Of a stretch of DNA of 64,000 nucleotides, positions 1 to 10,639 are shown in pieces. Where the stretch lies: positions 13,538 to 77,537 of the IMG/VR virus record IMGVR_UViG_2836862175_000007; one strand, given 5' to 3'. Position 1 is the first letter of the stretch. The number at the start of each line of letters is the position of its first letter. The position numbers and the translations under genes are program-made. This DNA is from a virus. Taxonomy: Duplodnaviria > Caudoviricetes. The notes under the pieces were generated by a model. The model was not told the DNA's origin and made no database searches. It saw nothing but the letters and a program-made list of their open reading frames with translations.

Positions 1-168
1 GGGGTTGAGAAGACGGTGGTTCACGGTGACCCGCTGTTCTGCACGCTGGACAACTGCCGGGTGCGGTTCGTGCGGATGGTGGATTCCACCAGCGTGGAGG
101 TAATGGACGCGAACACCGGGCGCCTGCTCCCCGACTACCGGCACCCGGTCCAACTGTTCGCCTACTGA
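1..168 (+). CDS. partial hypothetical protein (3' end)
   Basis: Frame 1 open from base 1 to TGA at 168 (..DANTGRLLPDYRHPVQLFAY*); first of a run of short co-oriented ORFs. Confidence 0.4.
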   Translation, partial: GVEKTVVHGDPLFCTLDNCRVRFVRMVDSTSVEVMDANTGRLLPDYRHPVQLFAY

Positions 169-232
169 CACCAACCGCGGCCGGGGGGACGGTTCCCCGG
201 CCCTCTCCTCACGAACTTCGGAGTGCGCAGAG

Positions 233-445
233 ATGCCCGCGGAACTGGTCGAAGTCCAGGTTTGGGTTTTGGTGGGCGAGGCCGGAGACTACGAAGTCGC
301 GAAAGCGGCTGACGAGCTTCAGGCGGCAGCGGGCGAGGCGACGCGGTTGGTGAAACTCGTCGTGAAGGTGCCGAAGCCGAAGGCTGTCGAACTGGTCGCG
401 ACGATCGCGGACGAACCGGCCGGCGGCGAACTGAAGGGCGTGTAA
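233..445 (+). CDS. small hypothetical protein, phage-like
   Basis: 70 aa with protein-like composition; GGAG upstream; co-oriented cluster. Confidence 0.55.
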   Translation: MPAELVEVQVWVLVGEAGDYEVAKAADELQAAAGEATRLVKLVVKVPKPKAVELVATIADEPAGGELKGV

Positions 446-511
446 CAGGACCTGACGCAGGCCGTGAGACTCGCCGCGGCCATTCCCCTGAACACAACTC
501 AGAGATTCCAC

Positions 512-670
512 ATGGCTACCAAACGGAAGCCCGTGCCGAAGGTGCGCGCCGCCCGCAGCGTCGCGCTAACGAACGTCGTGTGTCCGAAGTGCAACGGGCC
601 GATCTGCTACCACCCGAAACGCTGGCTGTTCTGCCCGCGGTGCCACGCAACGAAGCTCGGAACGAAGTAA
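512..670 (+). CDS. small Zn-ribbon protein
   Basis: CPKC..CPRC motif; start taken at MATKRK. Confidence 0.5.
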   Translation: MATKRKPVPKVRAARSVALTNVVCPKCNGPICYHPKRWLFCPRCHATKLGTK

Positions 671-698
671 CCCCAATCACACCACTGAGGGCACAACG

Positions 699-986
699 AT
701 GAAGGGTAAGAGCGGGAAGGCGAAGAAGGCGGGCGACCTCACGACGGGATGGGCGAAGCTCGCGCCCGTGCTGGGGGAGATCGAAGCCGTGTTGCGCAGG
801 ATCGAGGCGTTCAACGACGACCCGGACACGCAGGCGCTACGCGAGGCCGCGCCGGCTGCTTTTCACGAGTTGGACATTATTGAGGAGGTGTTGACCGAAT
901 CAGCGGGCATCCTGGCGCGTCGGGCGGCCCTGTCGGCTTCGCAGGGTCCGTGCTTACCTTCCGCAATCGGTCTTGTGCGGTTATGA
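699..986 (+). CDS. hypothetical protein
   Basis: 95 aa, GAGG RBS, helical composition. Confidence 0.5.
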   Translation: MKGKSGKAKKAGDLTTGWAKLAPVLGEIEAVLRRIEAFNDDPDTQALREAAPAAFHELDIIEEVLTESAGILARRAALSASQGPCLPSAIGLVRL

Positions 987-1497
987 AACGAGCCACTTCA
1001 ACCGAAGGGGATTCCAGAGGCCAGCGAGCATGATGACGCGAAAGAAGCGAAGTGCCTTTTTTGCAGCACGCACTGACCCATTCGACGGGTACGAGATTGA
1101 CACCGGCGTAAGGTGGAAACGCGTCACCCCAGCCTATGTTTACCCAACGCGTTGCCACGAGCGAGCCTTTTATTTTGTGCTCGATAACGCTCCCGCACCC
1201 TCACCGTTTTCTGCGGAACGCATTCGCTTCGCGCAGGGATTCTACTGGCCGCCGGATTGGCCGCTTGTTCCTATCCCGCATTCTTGGGTCGAAGTCACAG
1301 ATGACATAATATTCGATGGAGTTTTACAGAGGTTCTACCCTCGTGATGTGTACCTGCAAACGTATCGTGCGGAAGCCGTACTAATTCTGACTCGGGAGCA
1401 GATGGTGAAGAAAATGCTTGAGTGTGTCGGAGAGTGGAATTGGATGCCCCCAGACGCCAAAGGGACTTTCGACAGACTCTTAGAACGGTATTCCTGA
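973..1497 (+). CDS. hypothetical protein, lower GC
   Basis: 174-aa ORF with an HSWVE motif; lower GC than flanks. Confidence 0.55.
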   Translation: MCGYETSHFNRRGFQRPASMMTRKKRSAFFAARTDPFDGYEIDTGVRWKRVTPAYVYPTRCHERAFYFVLDNAPAPSPFSAERIRFAQGFYWPPDWPLVPIPHSWVEVTDDIIFDGVLQRFYPRDVYLQTYRAEAVLILTREQMVKKMLECVGEWNWMPPDAKGTFDRLLERYS

Positions 1498-1787
1498 CCC
1501 ACTCTTTCCGCACCATTCGCCCGGCCCATGCCGGGTGTTTTCGTTTCGCGCACCGAGTTGGAACAAGGTAATAAGTGTACATGTGGCAGGTATGGCAGTT
1601 GCCACACCTTTCGACGCACAACCGCCATTTTCTCCGGTATTTTTCATGATGAACGGCAATACAGTACCGCTTTGGCGTTGTGCCGTAAGTGATTCAGTGT
1701 AAGATGTTAGGGCGATCCGTCCGCTTGGTGCCGTCTCAGAACCAGCACCGGAAGTGAATCATGCGGGCATTCTACCGCCCGCCGGCG

Positions 1788-2348
1788 TCAGCAGGTGGCG
1801 AGCGCCCGCACCTGGGCCACGAAGGCGTCCAGGCTCGGGAACGGCTTGCGGATGACCGCCGACGCGCCGAGCGCACGCACCGCGGAGGGCTCGAGCGCGT
1901 CCGGCGAAGCGGACACGAACGCCGCCCGCAGGTGCGGGCAGAGCCGCCGGAGCGCGGCCAGCGTCTGGGGGCCGTCCTGGACGGGCATCCGGATGTCGAT
2001 CAGCGCGAAGTCGATCCCGGCCCGGTACGCCGCGACCGCCTGGGCCCCCGACGGGGCCGTCACCACTTCGAGCCCGGCCCGGCGGAGCACGATAGCGATC
2101 AGGTTCAGCACGTCCGGGTCGTCGTCCACGACCAGCACCGTCAGGCCCCCCGCGCCCGGTACGGGCGGCGCGGGGCTGCGGGCGTCGAGTTCCTGCTGGG
2201 GCCATTCGCCCTCACCCGGGATCGGACGCACCGGCCCCTCGGCTCGGCCGGACGACGCGCCCGCATCGGCCCAGGCGGGTGTGCCGTGAAACCGCACCGC
2301 GGACGAAAGCGACCCGCCGACCTCGTGCGCAACTCCCCGGTAACTCAT
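1788..2348 (-). CDS. CheY-like response regulator receiver
   Basis: VLVVDDD, DIRMP (phospho-Asp), VSAS, RKPF; start uncertain. Confidence 0.85.
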   Translation of the reverse strand: MSYRGVAHEVGGSLSSAVRFHGTPAWADAGASSGRAEGPVRPIPGEGEWPQQELDARSPAPPVPGAGGLTVLVVDDDPDVLNLIAIVLRRAGLEVVTAPSGAQAVAAYRAGIDFALIDIRMPVQDGPQTLAALRRLCPHLRAAFVSASPDALEPSAVRALGASAVIRKPFPSLDAFVAQVRALATC

Positions 2349-2504
2349 CGCGACCTTAATGAATTGTGGGTAAGGAACTGAGTACACCGGGGCGAGCGGC
2401 ATGAGTACACGAACACGCGGGTGTGAATGATCGCATTTTCCGAGCTTCCGGCTACCCGGGCTTTCCCCAGGTCGAACCGGGAAAACCCGCACCCATAACA
2501 CGGG

Positions 2505-3242
2505 TCAGCGGGGCAGCGGGCAGCGCCCGTTCGGGCAGCTCGGTGCGAGCGGGTGACCGGAAATCGGCGGCGGGTCCGGCGCCGCGACCGCCGCCGCCCC
2601 CGGAACTCGCTCGTAGGTGCCCCGCGCGGTGCGCCGCAGGGGGAAGCCGTCGCGGTCCCAGCATTCGGCATCCACGGCCTTCGCAGGCGTGTCCTTCAGG
2701 TTCTTCCCGCAGTGGGGGCAGGTCTCGCAATCCGGGCACGTCGGCGGGGCGGCCGCGCGGATCTCCCAGCTCAGCGGTTTCGGCGCGGGCTTGTCGCCGG
2801 CGGGCTTCGGCGCCGGGCGGTCGATCTTCTTCGCCGCCCCGTCGATCGCGGTCTTGAGCGCACCGTCTTCGACCGGGCACGCCATGACCGTGTGGACGAA
2901 CAGCGTGCCGCCCACCGGGTAGCCGACCACCGCCGCGGGGCCGGTCACGTCGCCCAGCGCGTCGGTCCGCGCGACCACCGCCCCCGGGGCCGGGTGCGGC
3001 TCCTTGCACCCCACGAACACCACCAGCGGCCGGGACGACTCGGCCGCCGCCTTGTAGCCCGCGGCGTAGTCCTTCACGACCGCCCGCGGGGCCGGGGCCG
3101 GGGCGCCCGCGGGCGTGCCGGTCAGCGCCAGCGCGACCCGCGCGCGGCGGTCCCGCGCGGCGTCGGGGTCGGCCGCACGCGCCGGGGCGGCCAGGGCGAT
3201 CAGGAGCGCGGCGCCCAGCGCCGAGCGGTACACGGTTCGCAT
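2505..3242 (-). CDS. exported protein with C-terminal Cys motifs
   Basis: Signal peptide ending ARA-A; CPDCETCPHC and CPNGRCP motifs. Confidence 0.7.
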   Translation of the reverse strand: MRTVYRSALGAALLIALAAPARAADPDAARDRRARVALALTGTPAGAPAPAPRAVVKDYAAGYKAAAESSRPLVVFVGCKEPHPAPGAVVARTDALGDVTGPAAVVGYPVGGTLFVHTVMACPVEDGALKTAIDGAAKKIDRPAPKPAGDKPAPKPLSWEIRAAAPPTCPDCETCPHCGKNLKDTPAKAVDAECWDRDGFPLRRTARGTYERVPGAAAVAAPDPPPISGHPLAPSCPNGRCPLPR

Positions 3243-3318
3243 GATCTCAACCTCCCAAGGAATTTCAGACACCAGAAGGGGCGCGGGGCGGACCCGCGCC
3301 GGCCCGAGGTTACGCGGC

Positions 3319-4476
3319 TCACCACGCCAGCGCGCCGAGTGCCGGCCGCCCGGCCCCGTCGCGGCCCCCGGGCGCGCGGCTCACGAACCAGTCGATCGGC
3401 ACCCGCCGCGCGGGGAACCCCTGCACGTCGGAGAGGGCGAAGCTGTCCCCCTGGCGGGCCATCCGATCGACCACGGCGGCATCGACCCAGAACCCGGCGG
3501 CCGGGGCGTCCGGCGGCCACACGGGGCCGGTGTGCGCGGCGTCGCCCCACGAGTTCAGGCAGAACGCCCCGGGCCGGGTCCCGCCGCGCCACGCAATAAA
3601 ACTCATGCAGTGCGCCCAGTTGCCCTGGGGCCGGGCGAAGCCCTGCTCGTCGCGGCTCATCGTGAAGCCCTGGTCGCTGCACACCGCCACCGGGTACCCC
3701 TGGGCCAGCGCCCGCTTCACGTCGGCCGCGGACCGCACCAGCGCCGTCTGCTTCACCGGGTGCGCCTTCGCCAGCGCCTCCAACTGGTCGGGCACCCCCA
3801 CCCCGCGCTGCCCCCACTGGCGGGCGCGCGCCGGGCTGAAGGCGGTGAGGTCGGCGGGCGCGTGCCGCTCCATCGGCACCACCCCGAAGTCCCGGCACCA
3901 CTGCGCCGCCCACGCCCCGACCGAGCCGTCCCCGCTGATCTGCCCCTTCCCCACCCGCACCCGCGAGCCGGCGTAGATCACCTCCGCGCTGACCGGCTTC
4001 CACTCGAACGCGGCCCCCTGGGCGATGGCGGTGGCCTGCACCACGTCGCACGCGTGCTTCCACCCGCACCCCACGCAGCACCCGACGCTCTGCTGGTTCA
4101 CGTTCGGGTACGCCGACTCGGGCAGCCGCGCGGCCCGGCGCACCGCGCGCCACAGGTACACGTCGTCGTCGCCCAGCGCGGCCCGGCCCGCCGGGGTCGC
4201 GTCGAAGTGCAGGGTCCGCGCCGGATCGAGGTTGGCGCGGATCGCGTCGTCGTCGCGCACCCACCCCTGCGTGGGCACGTACTCGAACTCCTCTGCCCGC
4301 GGGCTCACCGGGGCCGGGGCCGGCACCTCGACCTCGCGCACCCGCTCGGGCGCGACCTGCACCCCGACGCCGGTGCCGAGCACCAGCGGCAGAATGATTT
4401 TCAGGGCCAGGATTGCCAGCCGGCGGAGCCGCTCCCGGCGCTCCGGGTCCGGTTGCCGCATGATGTCGGTGCTCAT
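3319..4476 (-). CDS. papain-like (C1) cysteine peptidase with N-terminal membrane anchor
   Basis: NQQSVGCCVG (Q/C), AHCM (H), LNSWG (N); hydrophobic segment LAILALKIILPLVLG. Confidence 0.8.
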   Translation of the reverse strand: MSTDIMRQPDPERRERLRRLAILALKIILPLVLGTGVGVQVAPERVREVEVPAPAPVSPRAEEFEYVPTQGWVRDDDAIRANLDPARTLHFDATPAGRAALGDDDVYLWRAVRRAARLPESAYPNVNQQSVGCCVGCGWKHACDVVQATAIAQGAAFEWKPVSAEVIYAGSRVRVGKGQISGDGSVGAWAAQWCRDFGVVPMERHAPADLTAFSPARARQWGQRGVGVPDQLEALAKAHPVKQTALVRSAADVKRALAQGYPVAVCSDQGFTMSRDEQGFARPQGNWAHCMSFIAWRGGTRPGAFCLNSWGDAAHTGPVWPPDAPAAGFWVDAAVVDRMARQGDSFALSDVQGFPARRVPIDWFVSRAPGGRDGAGRPALGALAW

Positions 4477-4541
4477 TCGGGGTTCCGTGTTGGGGGTTAA
4501 GAAAGTGGGGCGGACGGGTTCGTTTCGGGAACCGCGGCGGC

Positions 4542-5147
4542 TCACTTCGCCAGTTCGTCCAGGTGCGCGGCCAGCTTCCGGAACAGCTCCCCGGCCGCGG
4601 CCCGCTGCTCGGCGGTGAGGTCCGCGTCGGTGGTGGGGAGCACGGCGGCCAGTTCCGCCGCGACCGCCTGCCGCACCTCGCGCAGCGCGGCCTCGCCGAT
4701 CAGCGCGGCGGCGGCCTCCTTGAGCTTCTGCCGCAGCGTGCCGGCGGTGGTCAGCCCGGGCTCGGCGGTGAGCTTGGCGGCGGCCCGGTACAGCGCGGCC
4801 AGGTCCCGCGCCCACTCGGCCTTCTCGGCGGCGGTGCCGGCGCCGGCGTCGAGCGCCACCTTGAGCCGCGCCCGCAGCGGGTCCGCGGGGGCGGGCGGCG
4901 CCGGGGGCGCGGGCGGCTTCGGCGCGGGGCCGTCGATGCCGAGCTTCTCCAGCAGCTCGCGCTGGCGCTTCAGCTCGGCGGCGATCCCGGCCAGCGCCGC
5001 GCCCTCGGCCTTGTCGAGTTCGGCGCGCTGCCGCCGGATGCCCGCGATCTGGTCGGCGAGCTGGTCGATGGTCTGGGGCGCGGGCGGCTGGGCAACCGCC
5101 CAGGCGGGCGCGAGCAGTCCGAGGACGGGCACAAGAAGGTGGCGCAT
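4542..5147 (-). CDS. exported coiled-coil protein
   Basis: Signal peptide MRHLLVPVLGLLAPAWAVA, heptad region, Pro linker. Confidence 0.7.
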   Translation of the reverse strand: MRHLLVPVLGLLAPAWAVAQPPAPQTIDQLADQIAGIRRQRAELDKAEGAALAGIAAELKRQRELLEKLGIDGPAPKPPAPPAPPAPADPLRARLKVALDAGAGTAAEKAEWARDLAALYRAAAKLTAEPGLTTAGTLRQKLKEAAAALIGEAALREVRQAVAAELAAVLPTTDADLTAEQRAAAGELFRKLAAHLDELAK

Positions 5148-5939
5148 GGGTCGGGGCTCCGTGTTACCCCCGGCCGATGGCAGCGAGACGTGAACGACGA
5201 GACGGCGGGTCGTGCCCCGGTTACACGGAGGGCACGGGGCGCGCGGGGCGGAACTCATGTCCCGGTACGGGCACCCAGCTCCATCCGGTCGAACTCCGGA
5301 ATCGCTACCGGAAGTTCGACTCCCCTCGGAGAGGGGCGATCGAGACCGGCCGGGGCCGGAAGCCGCGGCACCACCGCCGCGAGCAACTTTCCGCAAATCC
5401 TCACACAAACAGCACGTTACGTCGCGGCGGGCGTGGTATTCTCGGTTCCGGCCGGTTCGCGTTCGGCCACCATTCCGGGTTTTAACACCGGGATTCCGTG
5501 GTAGCGGGCGACCAGCGAACGGCCCCCGAACCGACAGCTAATGTCCCGTTGTTGCCCCACCGGAAGCCGGTACCGAAGGGATTCCCGGCTCCCCGGGCGA
5601 CCGAGAATCGACCGGCCCAATGCGGTTACTTCCGATTCCGGTTCCAACTTGGGGGCCGATGCGGTACAAAGTCCGGATCACTCGCGCGGCTCGCCACTTC
5701 GCCCGGAACCGGTAACGCCGAGAAACGCCCGGTTTAACCCGAACCCGGAAGGACTTCGGGTCAAAAGTCCGATCGTCGAAAGTCGTAAGGTCACAGATCC
5801 GGTGTGAATGATGGTTCGTGACGTTACGACTTGCTGACCGGACGACTCGTGACCCGGAGCCGTAACGCTCCCCATCTATCTGATGGCACCGGGCACGTGT
5901 AACGGGGCCTGATACATGAGCCCGCCGTGGGTGTCACTT

Positions 5940-6008
5940 TCTGACGAGCCGCGACCGCCAGGGAGCGCGGTACGTGCCACCGCTCCCGGCGGTCGCGGCT
6001 CGTCAAGA
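5940..6008. repeat. palindromic REP-like element (GACGAGCCGCGACCGCCAGGGAGCG family)
   Basis: Inverted repeat hairpin; further copies at ~6581-6646 and ~47460-47527. Confidence 0.85.
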
Positions 6009-6200
6009 AATGCGACACGACCACCGTGTACGTGTATGAAACAAGCCCCTTGCCGCGGTCCGAGACGTGAGCTGCGGCAGCCGGCGTGCAATATCACGAC
6101 CGCGGAGAGGCAAATTAAAAAAGCTTAATTCAACTCGACTTGTTCGGTATGTGTGAGTACAAGGATGAAAACCGCCCTGAATTTCACCTAGGACAATAAC

Positions 6201-6389
6201 ATGCTTGGTTTCAGCCGATCGTGTCCGAAGTGTCAGAGCCGGGATTTCTGGCTGCGGCGCAACCCGAAGCTCCGCGCCCTGCGGCTGGTGTGCGTCCACG
6301 CGCTGCGGTGCCGCGCCTGCCACACCTGCGTCTGGCGGGTGGCCCCGTGGTGGTCCAAGCAAGGCACCACGGTAGCAACAACCCGTTAG
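6201..6389 (+). CDS. small Zn-finger protein
   Basis: CPKC..CRAC; AGGA upstream. Confidence 0.5.
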   Translation: MLGFSRSCPKCQSRDFWLRRNPKLRALRLVCVHALRCRACHTCVWRVAPWWSKQGTTVATTR

Positions 6390-6580
6390 AAGCCGGACCG
6401 CACCTCCTCTCCCCGCGACTCGCCCGTTTACAGAACTGCAGCGTTTCGATCACCTCTCGCGATCCCGCGGCGGCGCTTCGCCCGTCACGCGGCCGGTCCA
6501 CGCCTCGTCACGTCCGAGCCGCCCCCGTCGCGCCAAGCTCCCCGTTCCGAATTCACGTGCCCACCTGCGATGTCGCTTTC

Positions 6581-6646
6581 TTGACGAGCCGCGACCGCCA
6601 GGGAGCGGGTACGTGGCACCGATCCCTGGCGGTCGCGGCTCGTCAA
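6581..6646. repeat. palindromic REP-like element
   Basis: Second copy of the 5940 family. Confidence 0.85.
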
Positions 6647-6913
6647 CACAAGCGACACCGCAGATGGGTTCATGTCTGAGACCGCGGCGGGCGCGGGGCC
6701 GCACCGCTGACGAGCAGCGCCATTCAGATTGCGCCACGGCGCGAATTATCATCCTTCATCACAAGAGCAGCGCTAACAACGATTTACGGCGCTAATTTAT
6801 TGACCACTTCGGCTTCGCGATCTAGTTTCCTGTACCGCCTGAGCGACTCGCGAACGCAAGTAGGCACCCGAGTGGTCAACACCCCTGAGTCTCCGAAATC
6901 GAAAGGGTTTCTG

Positions 6914-8197
6914 ATGAAGTTCTGGAGCACCCGCCGAGCGCCCCAAGCCCCCCGCGCCGCTTCCCCCCTGCGATTCGAGGCCCTCGAAGATCGGTCGGTC
7001 CCGAGCGCCGCGGACGTGGTGACGATCGACCCCGCGTACCGCGAGTTCCTGGGCCGCGACATCGACCAAACCGGGAAGGTGTACTACGCCCAGCGGCTCG
7101 ACGCCGGCGCGACGTCCGCACAGGTGGCGCTTGAGATTCAGAACTCCGACGAGGGCCAGGCGTTCAAGGTGACCGAAGCGTTCGCCGAGCTGCTCGGCCG
7201 CGCGCCGGGCGACCGGGCCGCGGGCTTCATCACCGGCCTGCGCCAGGGGATGACGCAGGACCAGATCCGGGCCGCCATCGCCGCCTCGGACGAGTTCTTC
7301 CAGCTCAAGGGCGGCGGCACCAACGCGGGCTACCTGAGCGCGCTTTACCAGGCCGCCCTGGGGCGCGACATCGGGAGCGGCGAGCTGGCGACCCGGACGG
7401 CCCAGCTCCAGTCCGGTGTGTCGCGCCTGCAGGTGGCCCGCGACGTGTACGCGAGCCAGGAGCGCGCCACCCGGGTGGTGAACGAGCTGTACGTCGATTT
7501 GCTCGGCCGCACGGGGGAAAGCGCCGGCGTGAGCAACTGGGTCGGCCAGTTACAGTCCGGGGTGCGCGTCGAGGTGATCGCGTCACGGTTCGTCGCTACG
7601 GCCGAGTACTTCGACCTCGCGATCCGCGGCCTGCTGCCCACGGGCACCGGCCCCGCGGGACCGCAAGGGCCGGCGGGACCGGCCGGAGCGGATGGTGCGG
7701 ATGGCGTGGATGGCGCCCCGGGCGCGCAAGGGCCGCAGGGGCCGCAAGGGCTGCAAGGGCCGGCGGGCACGAACGGCACGAACGGCGCGGGCGTGTCGGC
7801 GAGTTTTTCGGCTTACCAGCTCGCCACCATTGCCGACTCGACCGTTGTTGGCGGGGCCGACGTTCCCTTCTCGAACAACGGCGCCGCCATCAGCGGTGAT
7901 GTTACGCACACCGCCGGGACCACCACCTTCACGGTCAATACGACCGGAACGTACCGGCTGACCGCGATCTTGAACTACACCGCCGGCGTGGGTGCGGCGA
8001 TCGCATTTGCGGTCAACGGCTCCTCGCGCCCCGGGTCGACCCCGCTGCTCACGGCCACCGGGCAGGTCGTACTCGATACGACAGTGACCTTCGCTGCCGG
8101 CGATGTGGTTACGCTCCGGAACAACAGCGCCACCCCCCTGGTGATGACGCTGGCGCCTGGTGCGGGGGCGACGCTCACCATCGACCGCATCGCTTGA
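6914..8197 (+). CDS. surface protein: LEPRxLL-type export motif, DUF4214-like, collagen-like repeat, BclA-like C-terminal domain
   Basis: [13 protein letters not shown]; repeated Y..LLGR..D motifs; (GXX)n GPAGPQG; C-terminal beta domain ADVPFSNNG. Confidence 0.8.
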   Translation: MKFWSTRRAPQAPRAASPLRFEALEDRSVPSAADVVTIDPAYREFLGRDIDQTGKVYYAQRLDAGATSAQVALEIQNSDEGQAFKVTEAFAELLGRAPGDRAAGFITGLRQGMTQDQIRAAIAASDEFFQLKGGGTNAGYLSALYQAALGRDIGSGELATRTAQLQSGVSRLQVARDVYASQERATRVVNELYVDLLGRTGESAGVSNWVGQLQSGVRVEVIASRFVATAEYFDLAIRGLLPTGTGPAGPQGPAGPAGADGADGVDGAPGAQGPQGPQGLQGPAGTNGTNGAGVSASFSAYQLATIADSTVVGGADVPFSNNGAAISGDVTHTAGTTTFTVNTTGTYRLTAILNYTAGVGAAIAFAVNGSSRPGSTPLLTATGQVVLDTTVTFAAGDVVTLRNNSATPLVMTLAPGAGATLTIDRIA

Positions 8198-8288
8198 TGC
8201 CGGACCGCGGCCGTGGCTCGGTCACGGCCCGTTCGGAGGTGCGGGCACCCACACCTCCGAACGGGCCGGGTGGTTGTGTCTGTTTCTT

Positions 8289-8352
8289 GTGGCACAGACA
8301 TTCCTGTCTGTGCGGCGACTGAAGGCCGCACAGACAGGAATGTCTGTGCCAC
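8289..8352. repeat. palindromic element GTGGCACAGACATTCCTGTCTGTGC
   Basis: Inverted repeat directly visible. Confidence 0.85.
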
Positions 8353-8389
8353 GAAGGCAGCAGCCAAAGTCGGGATGCGAAGACCGTTC

Positions 8390-8463
8390 TGACGGGATCG
8401 ACAGGATGAACAGGATTTAAAATCAGCCTGTCTTCATCCTGTTAATCCTGTCGATCCTGTCAA
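8390..8463. repeat. palindromic element ACAGGAT/ATCCTGT
   Basis: Inverted repeat with ~9-bp sub-repeats between convergent genes. Confidence 0.7.
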
Positions 8464-8515
8464 AAACGGCCTTCCCAAGCGTGCGCCCGAACGCCCGGGT
8501 GCGGCCCGCGGGCGG

Positions 8516-9340
8516 TCACTCGGTGGCGGGGCTGAGGCCGTCCCGGCGGTCCCCCAGCGCGACGAGCACGTCGGTCGGCAGCCCGTACCGGACGTGCCGG
8601 ACGGACCCGTCGCCGAACACCGCGTTCATCCCGGTGCGGTGCGCGGAACCGAACTCGTACCCGGTGTTCTGCGCCCGGTCCCGGCCGAACGGGGCCGCCG
8701 TCAGGCTCACGATGTCGTTGTCCCACGCGTCCGCGTACCCCTGGTCGTCGCACCAGTCCCCCGTCTGGTACCGCTCCGTGTGGAGCCGCTTCTCGCCGAT
8801 CACCAGCGTGTTCGACAGCCCGTCGGTGACGGACTCCGTGGTGGTCCGCAGCGGGTTCCGCACGATCACCCCGTAGTACGGCCCCGCCTCCTCCGCGCCG
8901 CCGCCGGGACCGGTGGCGCTCGCGTAATCGATCAGCCCGCGGCCGGCGACCGCGAGGGGCGCGCGCCGGGCCGGGCAGAAGTACCCCGGCACGACCACCG
9001 AGACGACCGACGGCCCGCTCCGGTACGCCGTGTCCAGCTCCAGGTACGGGAGCAGTTGGAACGCCCAGCCGGCGTTCTGGGACGAGAGCCACGCCGGGGT
9101 TTTGCCGACGTAGGTGGGCGGCTTGGTCCAGTGCCCCCCGCCGCTCGGGAAGTAGCCGACGGCCTCGTGGTGGGTGTGCAGGGCGAGGCCGATTTGCCTC
9201 AGGTTGTTGCTGCACGACATCCGGGCGGCGGCCTCGCGCACCTTCTGAACGGCGGGCAGCAGCAGGCCGATCAAAAGGGCGACGATCGCGATGACGACCA
9301 GCAGTTCGATGAGCGTGAAGGCGCGGCGTGCGCGGGACAT
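8516..9340 (-). CDS. DUF1559 prepilin-type protein
   Basis: [33 protein letters not shown]; TDGLSNT; H-x-GMN..GDGSV. Confidence 0.95.
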   Translation of the reverse strand: MSRARRAFTLIELLVVIAIVALLIGLLLPAVQKVREAAARMSCSNNLRQIGLALHTHHEAVGYFPSGGGHWTKPPTYVGKTPAWLSSQNAGWAFQLLPYLELDTAYRSGPSVVSVVVPGYFCPARRAPLAVAGRGLIDYASATGPGGGAEEAGPYYGVIVRNPLRTTTESVTDGLSNTLVIGEKRLHTERYQTGDWCDDQGYADAWDNDIVSLTAAPFGRDRAQNTGYEFGSAHRTGMNAVFGDGSVRHVRYGLPTDVLVALGDRRDGLSPATE

Positions 9341-9898
9341 CCTCGGTCTCCGGGTGACGATTCGGGGAACACCCACGACCGTAGCGCGCGTTGCCCCCCG
9401 CCGGCCGGCGGGCGAGGGGCGGGGGGCGGAAATAGGGGTCCGCCTGACGCGGAAAATGGGCCGGCAAAAGAAATGTCCACAGTCGCGCAAATGACTATCG
9501 CACGCTCGCCAACTCGATTGTTTAACTTAGGAAACATGGGCTGTTTCCGCCCGGAAGCCGTGTTAACGCCGCGTAACCGGGCACCTGAACCCCGCGGCGG
9601 CGCCCGTTCCGGCGAGCCGCGGCTGCCGAGTAACGAGGTATGCCCACACAGAAAGCGCCGCGGCAGGCGGACCCGGACGGACCCGTTGTAAACTTGCTGA
9701 GCGCCCCCGTCCGAAACCGGCGACCATTGGGGAACTTCGCACGGTGGGTTCGATGGCTTACCGCCGGCGCCACCGCTCCGCGCCCGACCGTCGCCGCATA
9801 ACTCGGGAGCGGCCGGGCGCGTGCCCGCGTTCGCCGCCGCACAAGCGGGACAATAAACTCACCACTAGCCGCCACGGAGTTGACCGGAGATCGCCCGC

Positions 9899-10410
9899 GT
9901 GAACCGTCTGCCCGCCGTCGATGCACTCCGGGGCGCGGCCGCGCTGGCGGTGGTGCTGTTCCACTACACGGAGTTTTTCGCCCTGTTCGAGGTGCCCGCC
10001 GGTCCCGCCGGATCGGCCGTTCTCGCGGTGACGCGGTGCGGCCACCTGGGGGGGCCGGTGTTCTTCGCCCTCAGCGGGTACGTGATCGCGTCGACCGCCC
10101 AGCGGTACCAGTTCACGCCCGGCACCGGGTTCCGTTTCGTGCTGCGAAGGCTGGTCCGGACCGTGTCCCTGTGCTGGGCCATGCTGACGTTTATTACGCT
10201 GAGCATCCTGGCGGGCACGCGGTGGGGCTGTTCAAGAACACCACGGTTTCGTTCGACCAGTTGCTCGCGCACATGGTGTACGCGCAGGAGGTCCTGGGTT
10301 ACACCGCGCTGGACGTGGCGTACTGGACGCTCTGCCTGGAGGTCCAGTTCTACCGGGTGTTCACCGCGTCCGCGGTCGCGGTGCGCGCGTGGCCCGGTTC
10401 GCGGCCCTGA
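9899..10410 (+). pseudogene. frameshifted, truncated acyltransferase-3
   Basis: DALRGAAALAVVLFH and FFALSGYVI in one frame; YWTLCLEVQFY in another; shift near 10215. Confidence 0.8.
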
Positions 10411-10639
10411 GCGCCGCGCCGGTCGCCGCCGGACCACATCCAAAACACGAATTATGTTCACATCAATAAATATGGCCTTATTGAGCCGGTTACGCACGGG
10501 GCCGTCGGGGTGCCCTGCGGAACGGCGGGTTGCGCGCGGCTGCACCCGGCCAGCGCCCCCCTTTTCGGGCTAAAAACCTAACAATCACACGAATCAATAA
10601 AATTACATCATTGTAGTCACAGCGTGTCAGAGGCCATTC

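Noticed and set aside
1726-1760. TGGTGCCG as a reverse-strand tRNA 3' end (att site)
   Set aside because: No T-loop (GTTCGA) or cloverleaf at the expected distance
5200-5880. Long intergenic region as a possible ncRNA or attachment site
   Set aside because: No recognisable structure, repeat partner or credible ORF could be supported by eye
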